Shown: piece by piece, positions 13,301-24,943 of the stretch | How positions within the stretch are numbered: the first letter of the stretch is position 1 | Layout of the letters: every line of letters begins with the position of its first letter | Assembly: GCF_000485595.1 (NCBI RefSeq) | Contig: NW_014577071.1 | Coordinates: 1-49,028 of the forward strand | Direction of reading: 5' to 3' | Source: Priapulus caudatus | Lineage: Eukaryota | Length of the DNA: 49,028 nucleotides | Notes under the pieces: model-generated | What the model was told of the DNA's origin: nothing | Database searches by the model: none | What the model saw: the letters and a program-made list of their open reading frames with translations, nothing else | Program-made: the position numbers and the translations under genes

Positions 13301-14877
13301 ATCCTCTCCGTATCGTCCTTCTCTGAGTCGCTGCTACTACTACTACTGCTGCTGCTACTGCTACTGCTATTGCTGCTAGAACTACTAGATTTGGAAGTTT
13401 TCTTTGAAACCTTCTTTGTCTTCTTTTTGATATACGAATCACTGGAGCTGCCTGAAACTTTCTCGTCTTCTTTCTCGGCCGCGACTAAATTTTCAGCATT
13501 GGCACATATTTCCGATTCCATCCGGGACATCGAAGTTTGATCATCTGGTGCGTTGCATATATTACTCTCGGCTGCGGGTACAGACACTGGGGAGTCAAAT
13601 GATGACACATGCTCATGTACGACGGTTGTGGACGTTTCTGTCACCTGCTCACCTCCTCCAGTTGACATAAAACTCATATAACTTCTACTCTCCGTTATTC
13701 CGCCTCTCTCGCATGCCTCTATCTGCATGACAGCTGACTGACTGTCGCCTGTTACAGCAATCGCGCGAGAGTTCTCTTTCATCACGGCAGTGATGATGGA
13801 TTCACTCTTCAGCATTATTTCTCCTACGGATATTTTTTGATCGGTGCCTTCATCCTCCTGGGCTGGTGGCGCAGACGTGGCAGCCAATGCATCGTCATCA
13901 TCATCATACTCCACTTGCATCTCTGCCGACTGGCTAGTGACCACGACTGCAGTGTCATCTAGGCTGTGATCTTCATCATGTTCAGCCTTGCCTTTATCAT
14001 GGTCTCTTCCTAACGAAGCTGTTACAGTGTAGACGCTCGACTCGTCGCATGCCCTCTCTTCCCTCGTGTGAGACTCGCACGGCGCTGCTACTATGTCATC
14101 CTGGGTAGACGCCACGGGTGAACCTGCGCCGCTGTCGTCATGCTGGTCTGCCTCGTAGATGGTCTGCCTCTCTGTGGTACACTCGATCGTCGTTTGCTGT
14201 TCCGAAAATCCTTCTGCCTCGTGGATGGCCTGCACCACCGCCGGACACTCGATCGTCGTTTGCTGTTCCGAAAATCCTTCTGCCTCGTGGATGGCCTGCA
14301 CCACCGCCGGACACTTGATCGTCGTTTGCTGTTCCGAAAATCCTTCTGCCTCGTGGATGGCCTGCACCACCGCCGGACACTCGATCGTCGTTTGCTGTTC
14401 CACAATGCGTTCTGCCTCGCACCTGTCATCGACGTTGACCGCGGACTGCACCTCCTCGCGATACTCGAGTACTATTTGCTGTTCTGTAGGTGCTCTTGTC
14501 TCGCGTCTGTCGTTGGCCTCGGGTTGACCAGCGTCCGGCCGATACTCCGTCCTGTACTGGACATCACAAGGGGCGTCGTCGTCGTGTTTCTCCGGGCTCT
14601 CGGCTCGGCACATCTCGGTCACGAGGTCGGGAGAACGACAAGGCTCGTCGCCAACTAAACTAGCGCCACCTGGCGACGCTTGGATCGCATGCAGGCTTAC
14701 GTCGCTAATGGCGCGCGCGTCGCTAAGGTCGTCGACGGACGATGACAGAACTGCCTCGTGCTCGTCCTGATAAATAACAAGCACCACTGAAGCTCTCTGT
14801 CGCGGTGGTCCTACGGGGCTATACGGTGCGATACGGCAGGCTACATTTATCTCTAACGATTTGTCACTTCTCAACAA
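10357..14877 (-). CDS. LIM gene giant alternative (probably terminal) exon: 1506-aa Glu/Val/Thr/Ser-rich low-complexity tail
   Basis: 4.5 kb uninterrupted ORF starting right after a phase-0 acceptor (ttgatcag|TTG at 14877), compatible with the phase-0 donor at 15553; TGA at 10357-10359; lies between the last shared exon and the LIM exons. Confidence 0.75.
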   Translation of the reverse strand: MLRSDKSLEINVACRIAPYSPVGPPRQRASVVLVIYQDEHEAVLSSSVDDLSDARAISDVSLHAIQASPGGASLVGDEPCRSPDLVTEMCRAESPEKHDDDAPCDVQYRTEYRPDAGQPEANDRRETRAPTEQQIVLEYREEVQSAVNVDDRCEAERIVEQQTTIECPAVVQAIHEAEGFSEQQTTIKCPAVVQAIHEAEGFSEQQTTIECPAVVQAIHEAEGFSEQQTTIECTTERQTIYEADQHDDSGAGSPVASTQDDIVAAPCESHTREERACDESSVYTVTASLGRDHDKGKAEHDEDHSLDDTAVVVTSQSAEMQVEYDDDDDALAATSAPPAQEDEGTDQKISVGEIMLKSESIITAVMKENSRAIAVTGDSQSAVMQIEACERGGITESRSYMSFMSTGGGEQVTETSTTVVHEHVSSFDSPVSVPAAESNICNAPDDQTSMSRMESEICANAENLVAAEKEDEKVSGSSSDSYIKKKTKKVSKKTSKSSSSSSNSSSSSSSSSSSSSDSEKDDTERISTKLRQKHKKSRSSRTNEKRVKDNKRRHAPDGTRISKKSRSSSGDSRNAAREAGIVDGEELLIRTNQEIADAVRDNGENMDSVRAESNNVADSTVVYERESHIGTPEESICHSLTVVSHVDANLVTEVTEQIEISSVDKVAEQEEVNTIENVTEPEMVSPVEKVTKQEEVNTVGEVTKQEQVSPVEKEKEQEEVRIREKVMEQEEVCTVEKVTEQEEISTTEKVMEQEEVCTIEKGKEQEEVSTIEKLTEQEDVCTAENEKEQEEVYTVEKVTEQEEVSTIEKVAEQEEASPVEKVTEQEEVNTVESVAEQEECCTVEKVAEQEDIITVEKVTEQEAVSTVEKVTAQEECCTVEKVIEQKDVSTVEKVTEQEVVITVEKVTEQEVDNTVEVNTVEKGTEQEEVCPVETVTEQEEVSAVEKVTKQEEVCTVEKEKEQEEVNTVEKVIEQDDDSTVENVTEQEEVITVEKATKQEEVNTVEKENEQEEVSSVEKLTKQEEVITVEKVTEQKEVNTVEKVMEQEDDSTVEKVTKQEEVITVEKVTEQEEVNTVEVTEQEVVNTVEKVIEQEEVNTVEFTEQEVVNTVEKVIEQEYVNTVENVTKQEEVITVEKVTDQEDDSTVEKITEQEHASTADKVTEEEEVSPGERVTEQEVSPVDKEKVPEEVSTVEKDVNSVDQITEPEVTRHVDDLNEHVELNSSNEVIKQGSGDFAVESTEQGEASSSEGITEQGDVNSTDNFTEKVNESFVENVTKQVDVSDEEKVSEQVEIHSVEKVTEQVAVNSADKDIDEINASLAEKSPEQIAMDSVEKFAEPTGVDSTNKVIERVEVISVERVTEQITIRSVCEASVQLDVSSIDGKQEGSEENLPEQMERCLIDEVTKRIKDSLEIATEQAFHDDVCEGNQAGGIVNRSCASTEDRGETGCGSLEEDPAKLEHTRSMGEATSAEQEAMLAGTIQVNEVTDTQEENPSTQEERPIGEVYV
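11300..12920 (-). repeat. Coding 36-nt tandem repeat (~45 units of EKVTEQEEV[S/N/I/C]TV)
   Basis: Unit TGTTCTGTGACCTTCTCTACAGTAnTGACCTCTTCC visible on +; indels are in-frame; degenerate units continue toward ~10750. Confidence 0.92.
14157..14420 (-). repeat. Coding 66-nt tandem repeat (EQQTTIECPAVVQAIHEAEGFS, ~3.5 copies)
   Basis: ACTCGATCGTCGTTTGCTGTTCC recurs with a 66-nt period (14181, 14247, ...). Confidence 0.9.
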
Positions 14878-15552
14878 CTGATCAACATTTGTCTGCTAAA
14901 CAATCCTCGCTGAACTATTGAGACGAAAGACTAACAAAGGAGCGTCTGTGATAAGATTCTGTGATGTCCTAGGCATAAAGGTCCGTCAAACATACATAAC
15001 AACGTGTGCGTACATGCACACACGCAGACCCCGGGATAAACTGTGCAGAGAACCATTTCTCACTCGGAGTAACTTGCTACTATATAGATTTACCAGAGCA
15101 CTCACATGTCTCAGTGAAGTGATGCTATCACATGCACAACGATTGATGAATTTTCGAGAACGATTCCGATATCTCTGCTTACTAATTTCAACCAAAAAAA
15201 ACGGTGCAACGTGGGTAGGGGCGATGAGAGGGTTGCAAGTAAACACGTCCGATTTGCCAAGTTTTCACGTTAAAAATACAAATACCGGTGATCCAATTTT
15301 TGCTGAAAACATTTTATACGACTTTTTTACATTACACTTGTTTAGTAAATTTTTCGATGCATCCAAACCAATCACTTCAGTGCGATAAAATAATCGGATA
15401 TCCATAATCAGGTGAAAATTTCATTGAGACCAGATAATCTTTACCAAGACCATCACACGAGGAAATCACATCTGCGGACGTGTTCACTTGTAATCCGCTA
15501 ACGACACATAGATGCGGGCGAGACTGAACAACAGGCAGATGTCAGCACTTAC

Positions 15553-15732
15553 TGTGAAACGCTTCGGTCTCGCCTTGGGCTTCTCGACCTTTGCAGGCTC
15601 CTTGCCCTTCTGTTCGAACATATTCTTCAGCTTGCGCGCGTGATCCATGTCGGGCAGGTTGTCGTCAAAGTCCGTCGCGACGTCCGAGCGCACGACGTTC
15701 GGGTCTCTGTCTGGTTCCGCGTCGTCGTAGAC
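15553..15732 (-). CDS. LIM gene exon (VYDDAEPDRDPNVVRSD...HARKLKNMFEQKGKEPAKVEKPKARPKRFT), last exon before the C-terminal choice
   Basis: cgacag|GTC acceptor, ACA|gtaagt donor, 180 nt, phase 0/0. Confidence 0.85.
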
Positions 15733-16113
15733 CTGTCGCGAACGAGTGGCGCCACCTGTACTCACATGTCACTACTAAAATCCATCACGATTTAAATGAA
15801 ATTTATGCCCGTGAATGAAATGCTACCCCGACGAATTAAATTGTTATCGATGATATTAGTTGATATTAGTGATGAACTTGTATTCATCTATGATCTATCT
15901 TTGCCCAAGACATGGTATGTGACATTAAGTGTCATAGTGGTCCACAAATGAGTGCAAGATTTTAATCTGTAAATCTGACACAAACACAATGCCAAAAATC
16001 TGTAATGCTGTCAACAACTACTATGATAATCGAGAAAAGGTTTACAAATATTAGAGTTGCCAGTATATCATTTGCACGAGTCAGGGCGATTACTGTGTTG
16101 AGAAGGTTCTTAC

Positions 16114-16210
16114 CATGGTGGCCTCAGATCCTTCGGGCGGAGGTGTGATAGCTCGTGGAGGAGGAGGGCCAGCCCTCGTTTCCTCTTTCTGCTCTTCCAT
16201 GCTCTTGAAC
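16114..16210 (-). CDS. LIM gene exon (FKSMEEQKEETRAGPPPPRAITPPPEGSEATM)
   Basis: cgtag acceptor, ATG|gtaaga donor, 97 nt, phase 2/0. Confidence 0.85.
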
Positions 16211-16723
16211 CTACGCGGTAATAAAGCCGGATTGCGTTACGTAATATTCATAATAATCACCAAACTTTAGATCTATAGCTACGTTCTGTCAGTCGCGTTG
16301 CACATGCATTCAATCCCCAAAACTAATCAATAGACAGCTATTTGCTGCTATTATGCTGCACCAAGAAAGGTGTAATGAAATACTATCAAATTTGTGCGCA
16401 AAAAAAGTTATTGCAAAATTTCTTTTTAAATATAGCACGATGGTCATGACATGATGATATATCATATAGGTTATGTCAGTCGCGTGGCACGCAGTAAATC
16501 CCGAAATCCAGTAAACAGCTAATAATATGTTGCGCCAAGAAAGCCATACTTTCGGCCTATAGAAGACATTATGTCTGTTATAGAGACATATTTTTGTTAT
16601 TGAAAATAAACTTTTTCGACATGTCACGATGGACGAGCAGCAGATAGTAATTGCGAGAACAGATAAAAGTAAATATACGTATGAAAACACGTATATAGGT
16701 AGACAGACGCAGATGAACCATAC

Positions 16724-16899
16724 CTGGCGAGCATGCCCTGTTTCGACTGTCTGATGCTCTGCAATTCCTTCTCTCGCTCTGTATCCAAGTGCTGTATGTG
16801 GACGTCGTCATCATCATGCACCATCGTGGGCTGAGAGCCCTCTGGCGGTGGCGTAAAAGCTCGTGGAGGCGGGGGTCTTCGCTCGCCTTCCTCCTGCTC
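16724..16899 (-). CDS. LIM gene exon (EQEEGERRPPPPRAFTPPPEGSQPTM...ELQSIRQSKQGMLA)
   Basis: ctcttcttag acceptor, AG|gtatgg donor, 176 nt, phase 0/2. Confidence 0.85.
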
Positions 16900-17636
16900 C
16901 TAAGAAGAGCACACGAAATCGTTAGGGGCCTATAGGGAACGTTTTTAGTAGTAAGTGTTAACTAAAGATTAGCCCGAATGCTGATAGTGTCGTTGATGAC
17001 AATTGGGAAGATCTATAGTTGATCAAATCACATGCGTAGCGAATCATAGATTTCAGAAAAAGCATTATAGTTGAAGATGAGTCCAGCCAAGTCTGCAGAC
17101 TTGAATAAAAAGTTGAGCCTGGACACATGCGAAGACCAAGGCGAATGTTATACTAATAGCAGCTGTAAATCACAGCTAGAAGAAGGGGCCATTCATGAAT
17201 AGCATCGGCGGAGCTCGTAGCTATAGAGTCAGAAGAGGAAGGCTAATGAGAACGATCATGCATTGAAGCTAGCCAGTCTCACGCAGCGCTGCAAAACAAG
17301 TGACGGTTAGTTCGATCAACGGAAGCGCTACCGAGACAGGTCACTGGATTTCTGCTACACTTTGATATTTTGACACGTTGATTGGATATTGCTGGGAGCA
17401 CTTATCCTAGAGTAATGTGGGTGGGACGAAGGAGACTTCATATTACAGACAAGGCCCCGTGAATTACTCCTACCCAACATGTTTACATGGACGCATATGG
17501 CAATACACATACCTACTTACATAATGGATAAGGGTCGTATAATATACATAATATGTGCATCTCACCTTAATTTATATACAATTGTTGAATCATTGTATCT
17601 GATTATCTATCTATATATATATATATATATATCTCT

Positions 17637-17672
<36 letters not shown>

Positions 17673-17682
17673 NNNNNNNNNN
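17673..17682. other. Assembly gap (10 N) after an (AT)n run
   Basis: Ns in sequence. Confidence 1.
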
Positions 17683-20200
17683 TGACCTCTTCCTGTTCTG
17701 TGACCTTCTCTACAGGACTAACCTCGTCCTGTTCTGCTACCTTCTCTATAGTACTGACCTCTTCCTGTTCTGTGACCTTCTCTACAGGACTAACCTCGTC
17801 CTGTTCTGCTACCTTCTCTATAGTACTGACCTCTTCCTGTTCTGTGACCTTCTCTACAGGACTAACCTCGTCCTGTTCTGCTACCTTCTCTATAGTACTG
17901 ACCTCTTCCTGTTCTGTGACCTTCTCTACAGGACTAACCTCGTCCTGTTCTGCTACCTTCTCTATAGTACTGACCTCTTCCTGTTCTGTGACCTTCTCTA
18001 CAGTATAGACTTCTTCCTGTTCCTTCTCATTCTCTGCAGTACAGACATCTTCCTGTTCTGGCTTCTCGATAGTACTGACCTCTTCCTGTTCTGTGACCTT
18101 CTCTACAGTATAGACTTCTTCCTGTTCCTTCTCATTCTCTGCAGTACAGACATCTTCCTGTTCTGTAAGCTTCTCGATAGTATTGACCTCTTCCCGTTCT
18201 GCGACCTTATCCACAGAACTGATCTCTATCTGTTCTTTGACCTCAGTCACAAGGTTTGCATCTACATGGCTTACAACAGTGAGACTATGACAAATTGACT
18301 CTTCTGGTGTGCCAATGTGCGATTCCCTCTCATATACAACAGTAGAATCAGCAACATTATTGCTCTCTGCTCTTACACTGTCCATGTTTTCTCCATTGTC
18401 TCTCACAGCATCAGCTATTTCCTGGTTAGTGCGGATGAGCAGCTCTTCACCATCGACAATTCCTGCTTCCCTTGCTGCATTCCGAGAATCTCCACTGCTA
18501 GAGCGACTCTTCTTACTGATTCTTGTTCCATCTGGTGCGTGACGCCTCTTGTTATCTTTAACCCTCTTCTCATTGGTCCTACTGCTTCTGCTCTTTTTAT
18601 GCTTTTGCCTCAACTTTGTCGATATCCTCTCCGTATCGTCCTTCTCTGAGTCGCTGCTACTACTACTACTGCTGCTGCTACTGCTACTGCTATTGCTGCT
18701 AGAACTACTAGATTTGGAAGTTTTCTTTGAAACCTTCTTTGTCTTCTTTTTGATATACGAATCACTGGAGCTGCCTGAAACTTTCTCGTCTTCTTTCTCG
18801 GCCGCGACTAAATTTTCAGCATTGGCACATATTTCCGATTCCATCCGGCACATCGAAGTTTGATCATCTGGTGCGTTGCATATATTACTCTCGGCTGCGG
18901 GTACAGACACTGGGGAGTCAAATGATGACACATGCTCATGTACGACGGTTGTGGACGTTTCTGTCACCTGCTCACCTCCTCCAGTTGACATAAAACTCAT
19001 ATAACTTCTACTCTCCGTTATTCCGCCTCTCTCGCATGCCTCTGTCTGCATGACAGCTGACTGACTGTCGCCTGTTACAGCAATCGCGCGAGAGTTCTCT
19101 TTCATCACGGCAGTGATGATGGATTCACTCTTCAGCATTATTTCTCCTACGGATATTTTTTGATCGGTGCCTTCATCCTCCCGGGCTGGTAGCGCAGACG
19201 TGGCAGCCAATGCATTATCATCATCATCATACTCCACTTGCATCTCTGCCGACTGGCTAGTGACCACGACTGCAGTGTCATCTAGGCTGTGACCTTCATC
19301 ATGTTCAGCCTTGTCTTTATCATGGTCTCTTCCCAACGAAGCTGTTACAGTGTAGACGCTTGACTCGTCGCATGCCCTCTCTTCCCTTGTGTGAGCCTCG
19401 CACGGCGCTGCTACTATGTCATCCTGGGTAGACGCCACGGGTAAACCTGCGCCGCTGTCGTCATGCTGGTCTGCCTCGTAGATGGTCTGCCTCTCTGTGG
19501 TACACTCGATCGTCGTTTGCTGTTCCGAAAATCCTTCTGCCTCGTGGATGGCCTGCACCACCGCCGGACACTCGATCGTCGTTTGCTGTGCCGAAAATCC
19601 TTCTGCCTCGTGGATGGCCTGCACCACCGCCGGACACTCGATCGTCGTTTGCTGTTCCGAAAATCCTTCTGCCTCGTGGATGGCCTGCACCACCGCCGGA
19701 CACTCGATCGTCGTTTGCTGTTCCACAATGCGTTCTGCCTCGCACCTGCCATCGACGTTGACCGCGGACTGCACCTCCTCGCGATACTCGAGTACTATTT
19801 GCTGTTCTGTAGGTGCTCTTGTCTCGCGTCTGTCGTTGGCCTCGGGTTGACCAGCGTCCGGCCGATACTCCGTCCTGTACTGGACATCACAAGGGGCGTC
19901 GTCGTCGTGTTTCTCCGGGCTCTCGGCTCGGCACATCTCGGTCACGAGGTCGGGAGAACGACAAGGCTCGTCGCCAACTAAACTAGCGCCACCTGGCGAC
20001 GCTTGGATCGCATGCAGGCTTACGTCGTTAATGGCGCGCGCGTCGCTAAGGTCGTCGGCGGACGACGACAGAACTGCCTCGTGCTCGTCCTGATAAATAA
20101 CAAGCACCACTGAAGCTCTCCGTCGCGGTGGTCCTACGGGGCTATACGGTGCGACACGGCAGGCTAAATTCATCTCTAACGATTTGTCACTTCTCAACAA
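17683..20200 (-). CDS. Second copy of the giant acidic exon (5' part, truncated by gap)
   Basis: ORF 17603..20200 matches the 5' half of 10357..14877, same acceptor context. Confidence 0.65.
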
Positions 20201-20873
20201 CTGATCAACATTTGTCTGCTAAACAATCCTCGCTGAACTATTGAGACGAAAGACTAACAAAGGAGCGTCTGTGATAAGATTCTGTGCTGTCCTAGGCATA
20301 AAGGTCCGTCAAACATACATAAAAACGTGAGCGTACATGCACACACGCAGACCACGGGATAAACTGTGCAGAGAACCATTTCTCACTCGGAGTAACTTGC
20401 TACTATATAGATTTACCAGAGCACTCACATGTCTCAGTGAAGTGATGCTATCACATGCACAACGATTGATGAATTTTCGAGAACGATTCCGATATCTCTG
20501 CTTACTAATTTCAACCAAAAAAAACGGTGCAACGTGGGTAGGGGCGATGAGAGGGTTGCAAGTAAACACGTCCGATTTGCCGAGTTTTCACGTTAAAAAT
20601 ATTTCCGGTGATCCAATTTTTGCTGAAAACATTTTATACGACTTTTTTACATTACACTTGTTTAGTAAATTTTTCGATGCATCAAAACCAATAACTTCAG
20701 TGTGATAAAATAATCAGATATCCATAATCAGGTGAAAATTTCATTGAGACCAGATAATCTTTACCAAGACCATCACACGAGGAAATCACATCAGCGGACG
20801 TATTCACTTGTAATCCGCTAACGACAAAAGGATGCGGGGTGAGACTGAACAACAGGCAGATGTCAGCACTTAC

Positions 20874-21053
20874 TGTGAAACGCTTCGGTCTCGCCTTGGT
20901 CTTCTCGACCTTTGCAGGCTCCTTGCCCTTCTGTTCGAACATATTCTTCAGCTTGCGCGCGTGATCCATGTCGGGCAGGTTGTCGTCAAAGTCCGTCGCG
21001 ACGTCCGAGCGCACGACGTTCGGGTCTCTGTCTGGTTCCGCGTCGTCGTAGAC
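20874..21053 (-). CDS. Second copy of exon 15553-15732
   Basis: Identical splice sites; one P>T change (KPK/KTK). Confidence 0.75.
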
Positions 21054-21434
21054 CTGTCGCGAACGAGTGGCGCCACCTGTACTCACATGTCACTACTAAA
21101 ATCCATCACGATTTAAATGAAATTAATGCCCGTGAATGAAATGCTACCCCGACGAATTAAATTGTTATCGATGATATTAGTTGATATTAGTGATGAACTT
21201 GTATTCATCTATGATCTATCTTTGCCCAAAACATGGTATGTGACATTAAGTGTCATAGTGGTCCACAAATGAGTGCAAGATTTTAATCCGTAAATCTGAC
21301 ACAAACACAATGACAACAATCTGTAATGCTGTCAACAACAACTACGATAATCGAGAAAAGGTTTACAAATATTAGAGTTGCCAGTATATCATTTGCACGA
21401 GTCAGGGCGATTACTGTGTTAAGAAGGTTCTTAC

Positions 21435-21531
21435 CATGGTGGCCTCAGATCCTTCGGGAGGAGGTGTGATAGCTCGTGGAGGAGGAGGGCCAGCCCTCGT
21501 TTCCTCTTTCTGCTCTTCCATGCTCTTGAAC
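21435..21531 (-). CDS. Second copy of exon 16114-16210
   Basis: Identical splice sites; one silent change. Confidence 0.75.
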
Positions 21532-22027
21532 CTACGCGGTAATAAAGCCGGATTGCGTTACGTAATATTCACAATAATTACCAAACTTTAGATCTATAGC
21601 TACGTTCTGTCAGTCGCGTTGCGCATGCATTCAATCTCCAAAACTAATCAATAGACAGCTATTTGCTGCTATTATGCTGCACAAAGAAAGACATACTATC
21701 AAATTTGTGCGCAAAAAAGTTATTGCAAGATGTCTTTTTAAATATAGCACGATGGTCATGACATGATGATGTAGGTCATGTCAGTCGCGTGTGCACGCAG
21801 TAAATTCCGAAATCCAGTAAACAGCTAATGATATGTTGCGCCAAGAAAGCCATACTTTCAACCTATAGAAGACATTATGTCTGTTATAGAGACATATTTT
21901 TGTTATTGAAAATAAACTTTTTCGACATAACACGATAGACGAGCAGCAGATAGTAAGCGAGAACAGATAAAAGTAAATATACGTATGAAAACACGTATAT
22001 AGGTAGACAGACGCAGATGGACCATAC

Positions 22028-22203
22028 CTGGCGAGCATGCCCTGTTTCGACTGTCTTATGCTCTGCAATTCCTTCTCTCGCTCAGTATCCAAGTGCTGTA
22101 TGTGAACGTCGTCATCATCATGCACCATCGTGGGCTGAGAGCCCTCTGGCGGTGGCGTAAAAGCTCGTGGAGGCGGGGGTCTTCGCTCGCCTTCCTCCTG
22201 CTC
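22028..22203 (-). CDS. Second copy of exon 16724-16899
   Basis: Identical splice sites; silent changes only. Confidence 0.75.
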
Positions 22204-23823
22204 CTAAGAAGGGCGCACGAAATCGTTAAGGGCCTACAGGGAACGTTTTTAGTAGTAAGTGTTAACTAAAGATTAGCCCGAATGCTAATAGTGTTGTTGA
22301 TGACAATTGGGAAGATCTATAGTTGATCAAATCACATGCGTAGCGAATCATAGATTTCAGAAAAAGCATTATAGTCGAAGATGAGTCCAGCCAAGTCTGC
22401 AGACTTGAATAAAAAGTTGAGCCTGGACACATGCGAAGACCAAGGCGAATGTTATACTAATAGCAGCTGTAAATCACAGCTAGAAGAAGGGGCCATTCAT
22501 GAACAGCATCGGCGGAGCTCGTAGCTATAGAGTCAGAAGAGAAAGGCTAAAGAGAACGATCATGCATTGAAGCTAGCCAGTCTCACGCAGCGCTGCAAAA
22601 CAAGTCACGGTTAGTTCGATCAACGGAAGCGCTACCAAGACAAGTCACTGGATTTCTGCTACACTTTGATATTTTGACACGTTGATTGGATATTGCTGAG
22701 AGCACTTATCCTAGAGTAATGTGGGTGGGACGAAGGAGACTTCATATTACAGACAAGGCCCCGTGAATTACTCCTACCCAACATGTTTACATGGACGCAT
22801 ATGGCAATACACATACCTACTTACATAATGGATAAGGGTCGTATAATATACATAATATGTGCATCTCACCTTAATTTATATACAATTGTTGAATCATTGT
22901 ATCTGATTATCTATGCTCATATATATATATGCTTGACATTAATTTGTAAAGAGATATTTATCTAAAAGAACATGTAACGGAAATCCAGTGGCCGTCTGAG
23001 TTGACGGTTAGATCCATTGTATTTCACTCTACTGACGTGACCTGTGCATCAAAAAGAAATCAGTTTATGTTAATGTTATATATAGCAAAACTTAGTATAT
23101 GTGCACTACCAATGCATATCATCATTACAGCCACTAATTAGAAAACACCGGCAAGTAAAATGAATTCAGATAATGACGACATGAAGCTGTGAAAGTAAAA
23201 TGTCTGTACAGATTAACCAGGTACTCTTGGTCATGAAAATGTGTTGTATAGTTACAATTTCTATCAGCGATTTCCTTGCCTATAATCCTACATTGACTGC
23301 TTACCCCTACGTTACTAGCATGCAGACAAACAACAACATCAACGTAGGTTCAGCAGCCTATGTAGTTATTACCATTGCAGTACTCATAACCTACGGTTAG
23401 CAGGCCATTAAAGTTTTCTACGTGGACAATCCACGCTATTTAACACAGCTACTCCTCTGGTAGTCTACATACTACTATGTGCTTATGCCGAGGAAGTACA
23501 TTGAGTAACATTCTATTAAGTTGACAATTTTTAATAGACCCATATTGCAACGAAAGACCGCGACGAAGACTGATGTGTGTGCTCAACATACATAGTTTGT
23601 TTCCTATGGGTTATGAAATTCCTCAGACGGGCTTATGAGCTAAGAATTCCCTTAAAATATATAGCTACAACAAATATAGTGACGTATCTGTGTGATGACA
23701 TGTATTGTTTCATGTGGTTTCGTCTAGAAGGCGGACAAACGCAGTGTGGTCACTACAGACTAATCACATCTGACTACAGACTGGCATCGATGTGATGCGG
23801 GGATGCATGAATGCTGTGATTAC

Positions 23824-23914
23824 CAAGCCTTGCCACTGTTTCACCTCTGTCCTTGCTCGCTGCGGCAGACAGCACGAAGTGCTTCCAACTCTGCTGTCAT
23901 AGCCTCGTCTGTAC
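23824..23914 (-). CDS. LIM gene exon VQDEAMTAELEALRAAAAASKDRVKQWQGL, this copy with apparent sequencing indels
   Basis: ctcag acceptor and TTG|gtaatc donor; 91 nt here versus an intact 90-nt copy at 27266-27355. Confidence 0.65.
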
Positions 23915-24065
23915 CTGAGTAGTGACACAGAACAGGAGAAGAAAGAGAAAAGAGGGTGCTGTTAGTGTCTTGTACCGCCACCAGGAAAGTGTTAGCTAGC
24001 GCGAGGGTATCCACAGGGAGGTTATTGATTGGTCCTTCAACATCCTCCAAAAGACTCTGTCACTT

Positions 24066-24097
24066 GATGCATGATGATGATGGTGTGATGATGATGG

Positions 24098-24167
<70 letters not shown>

Positions 24168-24310
24168 AATGATGATGACAATGGCAACGACGACAACAAC
24201 AACAACAATGACAATGAAAACGACAATGACGACAACGATTGCAATGACGATGACGATAATGATGACAGTTATGATGGCGATTACGATAACAACCATGGTG
24301 AAGATGACGA
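24066..24310. repeat. (GAT)n/(GAC,AAC)n trinucleotide tract
   Basis: Directly visible; recurs at ~27500-27810 and ~31700-31920 in the redundant copies. Confidence 0.9.
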
Positions 24311-24547
24311 TAACGCTTGCACAAAGCAAGTAGAGTAATAACGATGAGCCACAAGGTGAGGAGGCTGCGTAAGATTAACGCACCAAAACCGATAAATAGT
24401 TAGAATAGTGATATATGTAGTATATCATGTATGTATGTATGTATAAATATGTATGTATGTATGTATATGTAGTAGTACGTTGTATAGTGAATATAGATGA
24501 ATAGTAAGAACCGATGAATGCGTAGAATAGTTGTTAACAGTAAAAGC

Positions 24548-24912
24548 CACGCTCCGGACAAAATGAACGCGCACGCTCGAACAACAACAACGCACGCCAC
24601 GCTCGGACAACAACAACGCACAGCCACGCGACGGACAACAACAACGCACGCCACGCCCGGACAAACAACAAACGCACCGCGCCACGCTCGGGACAACAAC
24701 AACGCACGCCACGCTCGGACAACAACAAACAAACGCACGCCACGCTCGGGACAACAACAACAACGCACGCCACGCTCGGGACAACAACAACAACGCACGC
24801 CACGCTCGGGACAACAACAACGCACGCCACGCTCGGGACAACAACAACAACGCACGCTCCACAGGATAAGAACGCACGCTCCGAATTCGACAAGAACGCC
24901 ACGCTCGGGACC
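24548..24912. repeat. 27-30 nt intronic minisatellite (CGCACGCCACGCTCGGGACAACAACAA)
   Basis: About a dozen tandem units visible; recurs at ~28060-28590 and ~32180-32500. Confidence 0.9.
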
Positions 24913-24943
24913 GCGCCGACCGCCGCCGTCGTCGGATCGCTAC

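Larger units (their letters stand above)
17683..22920. repeat. Near-identical second copy of ~12400-17610 (probable uncollapsed haplotype)
   Basis: Collinear copy at ~5.3 kb offset with scattered substitutions; begins right after the N gap inside the 36-nt array. Confidence 0.9.

Noticed and set aside
10667..13540. Long + strand ORFs (607 aa F/L/C/Y-rich, 405 aa S/T-rich and neighbours)
   Set aside because: Antisense shadows of the 36-nt coding repeat, which lacks stops in those frames.
23956..24354. Poly-Met/His/Ser/Ile ORFs (also 27394-27848)
   Set aside because: Translations of a (GAT)n microsatellite.
24548..24912. Cys-rich repeat ORFs (RCCCCPERGV) suggesting a metallothionein- or keratin-associated-like protein
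   Set aside because: Intronic minisatellite open in many frames; frames are not preserved among the three copies.
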